Positions 50,540 to 64,000 of a stretch of 64,000 nucleotides of DNA are shown here, in pieces. The stretch is from Eledone cirrhosa. Its lineage: Eukaryota. The notes under the pieces are model-generated. The model was not told the DNA's origin, searched no databases, and saw nothing but the letters and a program-made list of their open reading frames with translations. Each line of letters opens with the position of its first letter. Positions within the stretch are counted from its first letter, which is position 1. Position numbers and translations under genes: made by a program. The stretch lies in assembly GCA_964016885.1 (NCBI GenBank), contig OZ024742.1, forward strand, positions 71,858,001 through 71,922,000, read 5' to 3'.

Positions 50540-51110
50540 ATGAGGTCAGCCTCAATTCACTTTGATGCTGTAGAACGATGTGTGAACTTTTTGGCATCAA
50601 CATGAAACACAACATCCTATCACCCCCAGGCCAACGGCTAATGGAGAGATTTCCACGCCGCTTAAAGGAATCCCTCATAACCAGACTTAATGGGCTCAAC
50701 AGGATCAACCAGCTTCCATGGGTGATAAAGGGAATCTGCACTGCCCCAAAGACCTCAACACTTCTGCGGAAATGGTGTATGGTGCTCCGCTCACTGTGTC
50801 AGAGGAATTAATTCCAAACATGAAGTCAGACCTGGATGCCAAATGTATCTGGAACAACTGAGAGCCAACATGGGCCAGTTACGCCCTACTCCCGGTACAC
50901 CTAGGTCCTTGAAGTTCGTTTTCATCCCTCATGATGCACAGCGAAAACCTCTTCATACGAAGTGATTCATCCAGAAGACAAGTCATTTCAGCACCTGGTT
51001 AAAGGACAAGACACGGTCTCCAGTGACAGCCCGGTTTATGTAGCTCAAATACCCAATTGAGGCCGGTCTAGGCAAGTCACACCGACCCCGGAAGACGGAT
51101 ATTCGTGGGG
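50540..51110 (+). mobile_element. Gypsy integrase remnant
   Basis: TTSYHPQANG / LMERFPRRLKESL..QLPWV..GI.TAPK, frameshifted. Confidence 0.75.
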
Positions 51111-52029
51111 AAAACTCCGAAGAGTGGAAACCCACTCCACCCCCCTCCGTTCTACGGGAAAAAAGTTGATTGTCAGTATTTTGGAGGTTAGATTAGTTAA
51201 TAGCACACGAAAAACCGAGGGAAAAGAAATGTTTCCTACTGATATCGAGTGGGATGTTCTATAATACCGGTAAGTTGATTAAACCAGTATAATACTTTTT
51301 TATCGACCCCGAAAAGATGAAATGCAAAGTTGAACTCGGAAAGTAGAAAGTCGTATATAAATACTGCAAATCATTTTGTCCGACGCTCTACAAGTACAAC
51401 CAATCCACAGCCCTCGTGCATGATAAATAATGTATTGAAATTGCCGAAAACAGATAGTTTGAGCAAGACTTTCAACTATTTCATACAGAATATCTCCATT
51501 TTCTTCTTCTGATCAATGAAGAATCTCTCTTATGTTAAATTACTGCAGTTAATTAGTCATTACTAACACAGTGTAAATAAATGTAAAGAAATAATAATAA
51601 ATCTACAATGTTTATAAGCTTAATGAGAAATATGTCGACATACCGGAAGTACCATTGATTGCATGGGAAGAAGTTATCTCTAATCGTCAGAGAGTGCTAT
51701 TTAGTTTCTTGTTTAACCTTAGGTCATATCTGATCAACAACCAAGACAATGTTAAATTTATGAAATCGTTGAAATGGAGTCTCTTGTGGAAGCAATTCCA
51801 GTGTCTTAGTTTCGCCATTTTCCAAGGTAATGATGTACATATCTTGAGTTGTTTCCCTTGATAAAGTTCTATGAATTTCGTAATCTGTTTTATTTATTGT
51901 TATATACTGCTATGAGTAAAGTCCAATATATGTTATATAGATGTATATAAAAACGGATACTTTCCTGAATCGAGAGAACACAGCTCCGATACTACGGACA
52001 TATGGTTAGAATGCTTTGGAAAGAATCGC

Positions 52030-53097
52030 GGCACTACAACGGAATTGGCTGTCAAAAGTGAAAGTAGAAGAATATGACGTCAATTTGACGTCATTCGTCA
52101 ACCTTCGTTTATTTCCGTATCACCACCATGTGTAAATAAATAGTTTAGCGTAATCGATTTGTTTCCATTCCGAAGCAGTAACGCTTCGAATATTTCAATA
52201 AATATTAACGAGTTACTTATGAATTTCTAAGAGATACGTTTACGATGAGATACACTTATTAAAAATACTTTCATTCGTAAAGGCTTTAATTTACTGTACT
52301 ACCTTTTAATAACATACAGGATTAAGAAAATAAATTCAATATCCGTAATTTAATAATTATAACTGCTTCTCGTATTGATGATTGATGTTCAATGAGTACC
52401 AAATAACCACGTAATTTTCCAGAGTTATGGTACAATTAAAACAAAACGATAATATACAATCTTATTTAACATGTGCATTAAAAACCACACTAGCTGTTAC
52501 AATTGTAATTAACGTGTAAGCAAAAGCTTAGATATTAACTTACCCAAGGAAATAACAATAAAGCATATCGATGTAAGTGGAGTTAACTTAAATATCACGG
52601 CAAAACTTTCGCCAATCTGCTCCAGCTACATTCGCGATACAAGATTCCTGTGAAATCCCCTTGGCTAAATCTTCTTTTGCCCCAAAATACAATATGTCAA
52701 TTATTTGTTCACACTTCAATTTACTATTTTCTAGAAATGTGCCTTTTCTAATCGACACCATTTTTTTACATGGCTTTCCACATGACCAGATAATTCCATC
52801 TGACACATTTTTTTTCGCTACTTCCATCATGCGTTCACCACATAGTAGCGGTAGCGATGATTAATTCCATTTACGCTGGGGTATAATGTAGAATTCATAT
52901 TTTTCAAGTTGCAAATACGTGTATTATCCCAAAATGAAAAACCAATTTTTGTATCAACGTGGTGATTTCAAAGTTTATCTATTTACACATGGTGGTGGTG
53001 ATACGGAAATAAACGAAGGTTTGACGATTGAGAGGGTTGACGAATGACGTCACATTCTTCTACTTTCACTTCTGACAGCCAATTCCGTTGTAGTGCC
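52030..53097 (-). mobile_element. Merlin (IS1595-related) DNA transposon, internally deleted
   Basis: ~110-bp terminal inverted repeats (GGCACTACAACGG...CCGTTGTAGTGCC), 8-bp TSD AGAATCGC, transposase remnant DGIIWSC..C..SIRKGTFLENSKL..DWRKFCRD. Confidence 0.85.
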
Positions 53098-53869
53098 AGA
53101 ATCGCTTATATTATGTATCATTGATGTATGTTGCACATATTTTTTATAGAAAATCTCTTTCTTGCCCCAGCCATACACCTTGTCGATGCCCTGAAGGAGT
53201 TTTCAGATTTCCTTCTGTTATAGGACTCGTTCTTAAGGACTTCGGCTAGTATGTCTCCAAACCTGTGGCTGTTTGGTAGTTCTTAAGTTGCTATATTCTT
53301 CTTCTCCATATTGTCTATTGTTTGTCCGATAATGAAATTACAGTCGTTCATCATTAAGGTAATCTATAAGAGGACCAGTTAAAGTGGTCGTCTTTCCGTT
53401 ACATTGTTCAATGTGCCCATTGTTAAAGTAAGGTGGTTGAGTGTGGTTCGAGGAAAATTTGGCTACTGTTTATATTAGCTCAAGTTACAGTGGTTTTATG
53501 TAAGAATTACTTAGATACTTAGAGTATAACAGGTAGTTGGAGAAAGGGCTGGCAAAGATTTAGTTACATATGTAGATATACTACCAGCTGCATTATACTT
53601 ACTGAATCCTCTTTGTTCCCTGTAGAACATAAGGCTGCAAAAATATTACTGGTACTTGTGTTGGTGTTGACCCAAGATGAGTTGAGTTGGCTCCAACCAG
53701 TGAATATAGAGTATCACGAACAGATACTGTTCATGCACAGTGGTCACAGATGTCCGACATGTCAGTCAATCATTATTCCAAAGACAGACAACATATGCAA
53801 AGACCAAACATTAGATCAAGATCTGAATTGATTATTCTTCCCCTCATCATTCATGCTATTTTGGTAGTG

Positions 53870-54360
53870 CTTCATCAACACTGTTCAACATCCATTTTCT
53901 ACACTAGCATTTTTGAGACAAGTCAGATCTGATGACTGTGTCTTGCTCACACAGAACCGTTTCTGGCTTGGTTTCTACCAACTGGAGGCCCTTCCTAATG
54001 CCAATCATATTTACAGTGTGGGCTGGGTGCCTTTTATCAAGGCACCAAAATGACAACTTCACTGTGTGAACTGGGCGCTTTTTGTCATGACACCAACACA
54101 ACCTCTTTATAGTCTGGACTGGGCGCTTTTTGTTGTGGCACCAAAACGACCACTTTACAGTGTGGGCTGGATGCTTTTTATCATGTCTCCAGCATGACCA
54201 CTTTACAAGTTGGGCTGGGTGCTTTTGTCATGTCACCATCACACCCTCTTTACAAGGTGGGCTGGGCATTTATTGTTATGTTGTACTCCCAACCCGACCA
54301 CTCCAGAAGACAAACCGGGTGCTTTCTGTTGTGCCACCAACACAACCATCTTACAGATGT
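53870..54360 (-). mobile_element. SINE family 2 with expanded internal tandem array
   Basis: About 8 copies of the ~41-42-bp GACCACTTTACAGTGTGGGCTGGGTGCTTTTTGTC unit from 54010 to 54360. Confidence 0.75.
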
Positions 54361-54734
54361 GGCAACAACAATTGAGGGCATGGTATTCTTTAAAAAATAC
54401 CTGTTTGGGGGAAAGCAAAAGTCTGCAAGAAGAATACCTCTCTAATTTCATCCAGTTTATGTAAAATTGACAAAATAAAATGCCAACAGAAAAATAGGAA
54501 AACACCCAGTAGTTGGTCAGCTGAATTAACTTTCCACTGTACATTCTATAAGACTGCATTATACAGAATAGGATGTTTTACATCTTTCCATGAAAGAAAT
54601 GTGATATAATTTTTAAGTTTGTATATATATTTAATTTTTTGAATATATTACTTTCAAATTGACCTAGTTTTCAATTTTTAAAATTTATTTACTTGTAATA
54701 TTTACCTATAAACTGAGTGACATTATGATTAATT

Positions 54735-54880
54735 TGACGCATAGAGTTACGGCCCTTGCCATTCTGAGTTCAAATCCCGCCAAGGTTAACTTTGCCTTTC
54801 ATCCTTACGGGGTCGATAAAATAAAGTACCAGTAATGCACTGGGTAATTGCTGGCCTTGTACCAAAAGTAGAAACAATTA
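54735..54880 (+). mobile_element. SINE family 1, near full length
   Basis: GAGTTCAAATCC B box, family core, GTAGAAACAATTA end. Confidence 0.8.
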
Positions 54881-54924
54881 GGATTAATGAATAATTGTGT
54901 GAGTTGATGTATGGTTGAATTTAT

Positions 54925-55260
54925 TTCATAATAATAATAATGAAATTATTGTGTACAGTGCTCAGGCGCACTACAACTCATCAAAGGTGCATGTATAGAA
55001 TAATGTACAAATGTCAGGAAAGTGAACAGTGTATGAGTCATGATGGGCATGTGTATGGAGGGGGGATATCAAGTATAGTGTTGGCGAATCTCAGGAAGCA
55101 TGGAGGTTTTAAAGGATGCAGTGTCCTGGCAGCTAACAACTGATGCAGGTAATTTGTCCCATGCTTCAGCAACTCAGAGCATGAAAAAATGTTTCTGAAA
55201 GTCATGGAAGCTGTGCTGTTTTCTGACTTTGTAGGCATGCCCACAGGTGTTAGATACATG
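54925..55260 (-). mobile_element. CR1 LINE 3' end
   Basis: Inverted homolog of 5765-6076. Confidence 0.8.
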
Positions 55261-56799
55261 GAATTCAAAAAGATGCTCAGGGTTGTTGTCATACTGTAGT
55301 TTAGTATGATTGAGTGAATTTATTTCATTTTGTTGTTTTCTTCAAACATAAAATCCATTGTAAATTCCATAATGTGCACAAGTCTTCTATCTTAAAATTC
55401 TTTTATATAGCCAGTTAAAGATTGACTTATAATTCATATTATATGATAATATTCAAACAAAATTGAAGTAATTTTACATTTCACAAAATTTACCTGTTAT
55501 TGGAGTAGTTTTGAAACAAACATTTCAGAAGTTAATTAAAACACATCTTAATTAGAAATATTATAAGATAGAAGCATGAAGTAGAATTCACAGTGAAAAA
55601 GATGAACTACTGAATTTGTTTGAAAACTTTGATAGTTCCATTTTAAATGAATGTAAAACCTAAATTTGAAAATCTATTAAAATTGGAATTTTTCTCTCCA
55701 ATTGGACTAAATAAAAAAAAAGTTGTTTTTAATTTTGATGACATAGATATATGAGGCTTTATTCTAATATCATAAAGATATATTTATTTATTTGCTCTAA
55801 TATATATTGATCTAAATCGACAAAATCCCAGACCTCATTTGCTTACCGAGTAGGGTGGAACTCGTCAGATTGGACCAAGGATCTATCCACTAAGTCATGC
55901 GCTTTGTGAAGGTGTGTGGCTTAGGGAAGGCACTCTAATATAATATGCATTTAACTACTATATTATAATATATATTTATCTAATATATTATAATAATTGG
56001 ATGATGAATGTGGAACAGCAGAGAAGACTGGAATGAACGAAAGTAAGAATGTTCCACTGGATGAGTGAAATATCACAGAGAGAGAGTATAGCAAAAAATG
56101 AATAGCAGAGGATGATGGAAATAGAGCCAGAGCTAAATGTTGTGAAGCGACATAGAATGAGACAGTTGGGTCATGTGTTCAGAAAGGGTGAATGTGACTG
56201 GATGAGAAGACTGATGGAAATGTATGTGGAAGGAGGTACAGGAAGGGGAAGATCAAGAAAGATATAACTAAAAATGATGGCGGTGGGTGCAGAGGATAAG
56301 GAAAAATGGGGAAGCTTTTCATAGGACCTACTTTATCAGGAAAGATGGCCATCATCATCTTTTAATATTCATTTTCTCTGCTAGCAAGGGCTGGATGTGT
56401 CATTACACACTGAGTTAGTATTCATATGGAACTACTTGCTTTACAAGTGTATTCTAAGTGGGGATTTGAAAGGGTTGTGAATAGGGGGGAGCCTTTGGTA
56501 GCATGGGAGGTACTGTAATGATAACAGCTACACAGAGGTGTTTATGACTGGTGTGTAAGAATTCTAGCAGGGAGAAGAGTGGGGTGATTTTGAATAAGGT
56601 GTGGGTTTTAGGTTTTCAGAGTATGGAGATGATCATGGACAGAGTAGGGCTGGAGGTGTACAGTGACAGTGGGAATAGTTGCTCAGGAGTGATAGTGGAG
56701 GGGTCATGAATAAGGTGGAGAATAGTTATGAAGAAGTTATAGTGGAAGTGGGGTGCATGTGGATGGTTTAGATCACATTTTATTCTAGAAAGCAGGTCT

Positions 56800-58155
56800 T
56801 CATCATGCATCATGTTGCCAATCCTGATGGTCCTCTGTCATCTCCATTGTAAGGTTCACCTTCTTAAGGTCAGTCTGCACTAAGATTTCTCTGATCTTTA
56901 TACAGCTGTCATCTTCCATATGCATCACATGTCCACACCAACACAGTCTTCTCTCTTGTACACTACACCCATTTCCTCTTATGTCAAGTTTTCTCACAGC
57001 TCATTTATGCTATATCTTTCATCCACACTGATATTACACATTCATTGGAACATGCTTCATTTCTTTCTAGCCTTTACAGATCTTTTGCAATTAAGGTCCA
57101 TATTTCACTGCTATGTAGCATTGCAGTTCACTCATAGGCAACCTACAGTCTACCTTTCACTCTGAGAGAGAAGCCTTTCAGTGTCAGCTGAAATATTAGT
57201 TCTCTAAACTTCTTCCAGCCTGTTCTTACCTTGGCTACCATGCTTTCAGAGCATCCTCCACTGTTGATTAGGTCATCTAGGTAACAAAAGCTGTCAATAA
57301 CCTCTAGGGAGCCTCCCGGGCAATTGAGGGAATCTATTTCATGTTTGTTCTTTGTGATTGCTTTTCCTATGCATTTACTGCTTATAAAATCTATCTTCTA
57401 CATTAGCCTGCCTGTAATCCCATTACATCTCTTGTGTATCATTATCTTACAGTGTACACTTTATGGAATTTCTACCCACCATTTTTTTACAAACAGGGCC
57501 ACTTCTCTGATAGTATCAGCTTCCTGTTCTTTTTCCTAATTCAATCTTTAAGTTTATTTCTAAGCCTTTCGATTCTAGATTTGTCTTCAATATCAGGAAT
57601 TTTGCCTTTAAACCTCTAACAGATTCAGCTATAAGGAGTAAATCATCAGCAACAGGACTTCCCATTGAGTGCCAGTCTCAAACTCCTCAGTTATGCCCTG
57701 AGGGACAATGATAAACAAGTGGACTGAGGACTAAGGCCTGGTGAGCTCTACCTGTGCTTCAAATTCATCACAGTACTCATTGTCAACTCTCACCTTGCTG
57801 GTTGTACCTTTATATATGATAAGCATTGCCTTCACAAGCCATTTGTCTATGCTAAGCTTCCTTAGCATCCACCAGATTACAGAGCAATTTTAAAAGCCTT
57901 CTCCTGATACATAAATGTCAAGTACAAAGGATGACCTTTAGCTCAGTATTTTTCCTATAGTTGTCTCACCAGGAAGAGGGCATCGGCAGTATTCCTACTT
58001 GACATAAAACTGAACTGCATCTCATCTAGTTTTATTCTGTCTCTATATTGTGCTATACTCCTTTCAGTAACCTTCATAAGCTGATCCATCAATTTGATAC
58101 TTCTGTAGTTACCACTTTCTAGTACACCTTCTTTACCCTTTTAGCAGTTGTATAA
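56800..58155 (-). mobile_element. Decayed RTE LINE, family of 30020-32485
   Basis: ERRLCWCGHV, ADDL, KLDEMQF and NYRSIKL remnants, with many disruptions. Confidence 0.8.
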
Positions 58156-58164
58156 TAAGTTCTA

Positions 58165-58600
58165 CTTCTTTTCTTCTTGATGAGATTGGGGTCATCCTAG
58201 GTTAGTGATCCCAGAGGCATCATCATACGTAGAGCCGACCAGGTCCACCAGTGCTCTCCATTGCTGGCGATCCCATGTGTGTTCTCCAAGGTGATGTTGA
58301 GACCTTCCTTGATGACATCCAGCCATCTGGTGCTGGGCCTTTCATGGGGCCTCTTTCAGCTTATAGCTGCTGCGTTGAACGAGAGTAAGGCCCTGGAAGG
58401 ATGATCTGGCTGCAGGTGGAGGACATGTCTGTACCAGTGCATGTGGTGGGAGGCTGTGGGCTGATGCAAGTGCCGCACTCAACTCTTTGTTGGAAATGTG
58501 GTGGTACCATTTGATGTTCTCGATGGTCCTCAGGGCTCTGCTATTGAAGCTGTCAATTCCCTTTGTCAGGATCTTTGTGAGGAGTCATGTTTCTGCTCCA
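58165..58600 (-). mobile_element. RTE-type LINE 3' fragment of another family
   Basis: YGAET, HWYRHV and TRWLD-like remnants with an (AAG)n-like tail. Confidence 0.55.
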
Positions 58601-59309
58601 TAATGTATATTTATTTACTGAATGCATCTTGAAAATGGAGGAATGCAGCTGTTTAGCATACAGCAGATACATGGTTCAATTCCTGCAGGCACCTCTGTCC
58701 ATTTTTTTCCCATCTCCAAGAATAATTCACTCAACTTATTCAACTATTTTATAGTTCATATATGAATTGTGATAGCTTTTCATATTAAAAGGAAATAAAT
58801 TTAGAAATTTGCTGAAGTTCTTCATAAACTTTGTTTATATCTATAGTTTATGAATATAAAAACAGTAAAATTTCCATTGTTGAATCTTTACTTTTTAATT
58901 TCCACTTATCTTTAATACTGTTTCTTTATTATTTCAGACTATCAGATGACATTGGTATAAAAGAATGTTTTTACTTTAACTGTGTCATAATTATTTATCA
59001 TATTTTAAAGACTAAAGGAAGGAGCTACACACAACAGCTATAACACTGTCTATATAATTCTATGGTAGAAGAATTACTGTGAAATATTTCCTCTAAACTG
59101 AATTAAGAGCAACATTTCACTATCTGGAATTTGTACAAGTTGATTTTTCATTCTCATTAAACATGGACATAAAAAGGAGTTTACAGAATCTTTAGATATT
59201 CACAAAGATAACAGTTGATGGAAATAAATATAACTGTAGAAATATTTGTTAGAAATAAAATATAAAAACAAAAAGAACATATATATATTGTGTTGAGTGA
59301 AGTAAAATT

Positions 59310-59600
<291 letters not shown>

Positions 59601-60639
59601 ACCTTATAACCTGTAACCTGATCAATGACTCAACTCCACTGTAACTGATTTGAAATTACTGGCCAGCTCCCATTGGCTTCAGAGGGCGTTTTTTTATTGT
59701 TACTTATTGAGCTTTATGTATCTCTGCACATAACACACATATATAACCTTTTATGAAACTGACAAAATGAACATTATAATGACAGACCCTGTAAGAGAAA
59801 TGTGTCATTACTGTGCCAACATCAAAAGTACAGAGACAGATTCAATATTTCATCTTCTAAATGCAGTTGTCTGTTTAAACAGGAAAAGATAGACTCAGAG
59901 TGTATAAATGATTTAAAGAAAAGTTTGAGAATATTCTTAAAAAATGATATAGATGAAGTATGTCCTCCATATTGCAACAATTTCTGTAAGAGAGTAATAA
60001 AAGACAATAAAATATCTAAGGTTAGTATGTAGTACAACAGCAGTAAATTAGCAAAAAAGTTTAGGAAAATACTTTGAGAACATAATCTTACGATCAAGGT
60101 TGTCAAATAAATTGAAAAACAGGTATATCCATTAGATCAGTTATCTAACTGTAACAACTGTCAAAATAGCTGCATAGTATGTGTTACAAGTCCACATTAA
60201 CTGCTAGGTAAGAAACACTGTACTATATAAGGTGCCTAGAAGGAGTATGTGTGAATCTCCCACAATCCTACATAGGAGAGACGTCTTGGAATATTAGTAA
60301 AAGGTTCAGGAAACACTAGTGCTGCTACACTGTAAAGAGATCTACTTCAGATTTTTACCAGCATGCTGTAGAGTCACAATCGCTCAATAAATAGACTAAA
60401 GTCAGATATATCCACTCCCCCATAGGATACAATGTTAAGACAAGTAACTAAGTCAGCCTGAATATGAAAGACCAAGTCCAGTTTCATCCATAAGTAAAAA
60501 TGAACACTAATGCACCATACACAAGTGGTGAATAATTCTCTTCCTCTCCTTAATAATTTTATTTATTCCAATATATTTTTATTTGTTTAATTCATTTTTT
60601 CGTTTATATTTAAAAAATTTATATATCTTGAAATCTGTG

Positions 60640-61400
60640 TTGAAAAACAGTGCTAGTCTTTGTAAATATAATTCAGAGAGGTCTACTTTTGTGCAATCAT
60701 CTGCATATAAGAACTCATTGATTATGGCTTGGTAATCAATGCACAAAACCATTGCATCAGCTCAGAATATGTTAAGACCACCTGTTAATACTCCAGAACT
60801 TTGCATTGACAGAAACATACTGATAAACATACACCATTTCAAATATCTAGTTAGCTATGTATCCAGTGATTGTACCATTGACTGTGAGATTGAGAGTCAG
60901 TTAAGCAAGATGAGCACAGCATTTATATCTTAGAAAGCTAGTGTTTTCAACAACAGGGACCTCACCACCAGAGTAAAGGTCAATGTATACAAAACTATTG
61001 CCCCGCCAGCACTGACTTAATGTTGAGAAAGTTGGACATTGCTCTGATATCATCAGCTGCAAACTGAATCACCTCCTATGTATCAAATTACAAGCTTGAA
61101 TTGAAAAAGGTGAAGTGCTCCTTTATGCACAATGAAGCTATTATAGCCAAATCTAAACTGTATTGAGCTGGGCTTGTACGCATATTAGTTACATGCATAA
61201 CAAAGAAAACCCCATGCTCAAAACTTAAATATGGTGTGAAAAGAAGAAATATAAAGGCAATCTTCACAATACACTGAACAAATGTCAAATACCATTGGCA
61301 GATTAAGAAACCTGTGTGAAGGACAGGAAGGTCTGGTGAATGAGGATCCACAGAGGAAGAAGGGCATGTGTGTATGTTGTAATTTCAGTAAGTTTTTATT
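60640..61400. mobile_element. Decayed RTE LINE with inverted 5' piece
   Basis: Minus-strand EFLYADDC near 60690-60720 abuts plus-strand HFKYL..IDCEIE..SKMSTAF. Confidence 0.55.
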
Positions 61401-62439
61401 CAACTAAAAGGAGAAGAATGAGACAAAATATGCTACAAAATATAGTTAGCACCATATATACTCATATACAAGCTGAAATATATGTGACAAAAATATCAAT
61501 GGTAAAACGAGAGGTCAGCTTTTTTTCACCAACCTCAAATTCGACATAAATGAGGTGCTAAAATATTTTTGCTTTGGAGGTGAATATTACACAGGTTCCA
61601 CTTTCCACATGAAATTTGTATTTCATATTGTTTTTTTATATGTTTTGAATGAATATACACTTCAAAACGATCAGAAATTGGTAAAAAAAAATCATTATAT
61701 AATGGAGTTGTGAAACAAAAACTATATCCTAAACAACACTTAAAACATTTTAAATATCAAATCATTAAAACCTCATAAATGTATTCTCAACTCAAGATAA
61801 TTTCAAAACTTCACCATCTAAACATAATATGTTGATTACCTGCCTCAGCTTAAAACTGGGTTTGGATATTTGCCTGTTTCTCAGACATAAAATGGTTAGC
61901 TTATATTTGTAAATATACAATAATTAAGAAATGTTATGAAGTATTTATGAACTAAAGAGCAAAAGGACCATTTCTATTAGGAGCCTTTACAAATCATTTC
62001 AATAATAGATGATAGTGACTTCAGTATTCTGGCTGGTGATTCTAATTGACATGTTGGGCAGCACCAGGGTGGCTACTTCAGAATGCATGGTGGCTATGAA
62101 TATAGCTACAAAAAGGATCACCTACCAATCAAGTAAGCACATAAACTAGATTGACTTCAACATCATCATCCTCACCGTTTAACATCCATTTTTCCATGCT
62201 AGCATGGATTAGATGAGTTGTTCTGTTGTGAGACAAGTCATATCAGGTGACTGTGTCTTGCTCATACAGAACTGGTCTGGCTTGGATTCTATGGATGGAT
62301 GCCCTTCCTAACACCAACTACATTTACAATGTGTACTGAGTGCTTTTTGTCGTGACACCTACACGGCCACTTTACAATGTGGGCTGGGTGCTCTTTGTTG
62401 TGGAACCAAAGCGACCACTTTACAGTGTGGGCTGGGGAC

Positions 62440-63750
62440 TCAAGTGGCAATTTGGGATATTTGTTAGAAAACAGGATAGGCAGATGGTTATGAATGCTAA
62501 ATATTTTTCCAGAAATGAATGAATGAACTATACAATGTAAACTAGTTAGTAACGTCAGAATAAGAACTAGACTGAATTAGAAACAGGAACATCTAGAGAA
62601 AGAGGGTGTAGAATCTAGAGGAATTCTCTGTCAAATATAGGTTAAAAAAACTTCTAAGTGATGCTTATAAAGAAAGGGATTGACAACCTTCTGCTAGCTA
62701 CTGATGAGATACATGGCTGAAGAAAGGTACCAGCTATACTAAAGATGACTTGGTGGTGGAATTTTACTGTAAATAGAGCCATTAAAGTTATGAGACAGAC
62801 ACAGAAAGACTGAAAGAAAGGGGACAGCAAGGAATCAATTAGCTAAAAGAGGAGCTAGATAACATTATAATTTAGATAATTATAACTAGATAATTTTTAT
62901 AGTGAGAAAAGAACTTGAAAGCTTTGTCAATGTCCTATAATGTAAGGATGTGGTGTTGCATGCAACATTCTGTATTGCAAAGCAGTGTGTCTGTGAATTA
63001 GGATGTCATTGGGGAAAGGTTTGTTTTGAATTACACTGATGCACTGAACCTCAATAATACTCAAAAGAAAGGGGCTTGGACATATTACTATGAAAAGTTA
63101 CTGAATGGGGAAAATGAGTGGAAGGAAGAACTACCTCCAGTTGACTCAACAGAAAACTGACAGCTTATAGGGTCAAAAAAGCAACCAGAGGAATATGAAA
63201 AATAGAAAAGCTGTTGGACCATCAGAGTTAGTTGCTGAAATCATCTGGGGAAGTAGGACTCTAGCTATTCATTCACATAGTCAATCAGTAATATGTGGTG
63301 TCACCCCCAATGACTGGTGGATCAGTATAACCATTAATTATTACAAAGGAAAAGATAATGTTCTAGAAAGGAGCAACAACAGATATAAAACTGATGGATC
63401 AAGTCATGTAAGTAGCAAAAACAGTCCTAGTGCAACTAATTAGGGAAAAGTAAAATTTGATGAAATACAGTTTGGTTTTGTGTCATAAAGGGGTAGCATA
63501 GATGATGTCTTCTTAGTGCGACAACTTCAAGAAAAGTTCTGAGCTAAGTGTAAGATGTTATACCTAGCTACCCTTGATTTGAGAAAGGCCTTTGATAGAG
63601 TATCGTGATCTTTTATCTGATGGTCATTTAAAAAACTGGGTGTAGATGAGTGGCTTGTGAGAGCTGTGCAAGCCATATATAGAGATACTGTCATTAAAGT
63701 GAGAGTAGGTAATGAGTTTAGTAAGTGTGCAGGTGGGTGTTCATCAAAGC
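62440..63750 (+). mobile_element. Heavily decayed RTE LINE, family of 30020-32485
   Basis: WWWN, KAVGPS, YKGKD, DLRKAFDRV and GVHQ remnants. Confidence 0.8.
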
Positions 63751-63789
63751 TAAAATGATTTTTTCACAAATGGCTGTTTTCCTTAGTAG

Positions 63790-64000
63790 CAAGGGTTGGA
63801 GTATATATAAAAATCCCTCTTTGGTCATAAATGACCATGGGATTTGCACCTAGAACATTCCCCTCTGAGGCACAAGTTCATTTGTGGAAGACCAGCAGTC
63901 ACCCATGCATACCGATCGCCTCTCTCCACACCACCAATGTTTTCCAAAGGAAAGGCAATGGTCGATACACTAATGATGCCAGAACTCATTTCTACAGCTG
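63790..64000. mobile_element. Probable SINE/RTE-derived fragment
   Basis: GGTCATAAATGACC hairpin, and terminal CTCATTTCTACAGCTG shared with ~42677. Confidence 0.4.

Noticed and set aside
54010-54360. Regularly spaced repeats resembling a CRISPR array
   Set aside because: Contiguous degenerate units without unique spacers, inside a SINE, in a eukaryotic context with no cas genes.

Overview
Eukaryotic, AT-rich, repeat-dense DNA. The style of the C2H2 arrays and of the RTE/CR1/SINE families suggests a coleoid cephalopod (octopus-like); this is inference only. The window holds three paralogous minus-strand poly-C2H2 zinc-finger genes (12, 32 and 11 fingers) and a plus-strand ZNF pseudogene. Between them lie RTE, CR1 and L1/Tx1 LINE pieces, several SINE families, Helitron-like elements, a non-autonomous Gypsy-type LTR element, a probable solo LTR and a Merlin deletion derivative. 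The most striking signal is RNA-structural: eleven type-I hammerhead-ribozyme (HHR) motifs of about six families, nine of them between 13.5 and 24.2 kb. They include (i) minimal HHRs in the tails of a ~4.25-kb head-to-head palindrome of two Penelope-like elements, (ii) an HHR with a ~95-nt branched stem II, present once per unit in a ~1-kb non-coding tandem repeat (retrozyme-like), and (iii) a canonical GUC-cleaving family showing a compensatory base-pair change between copies. All calls were made by eye, with no searches or folding runs.
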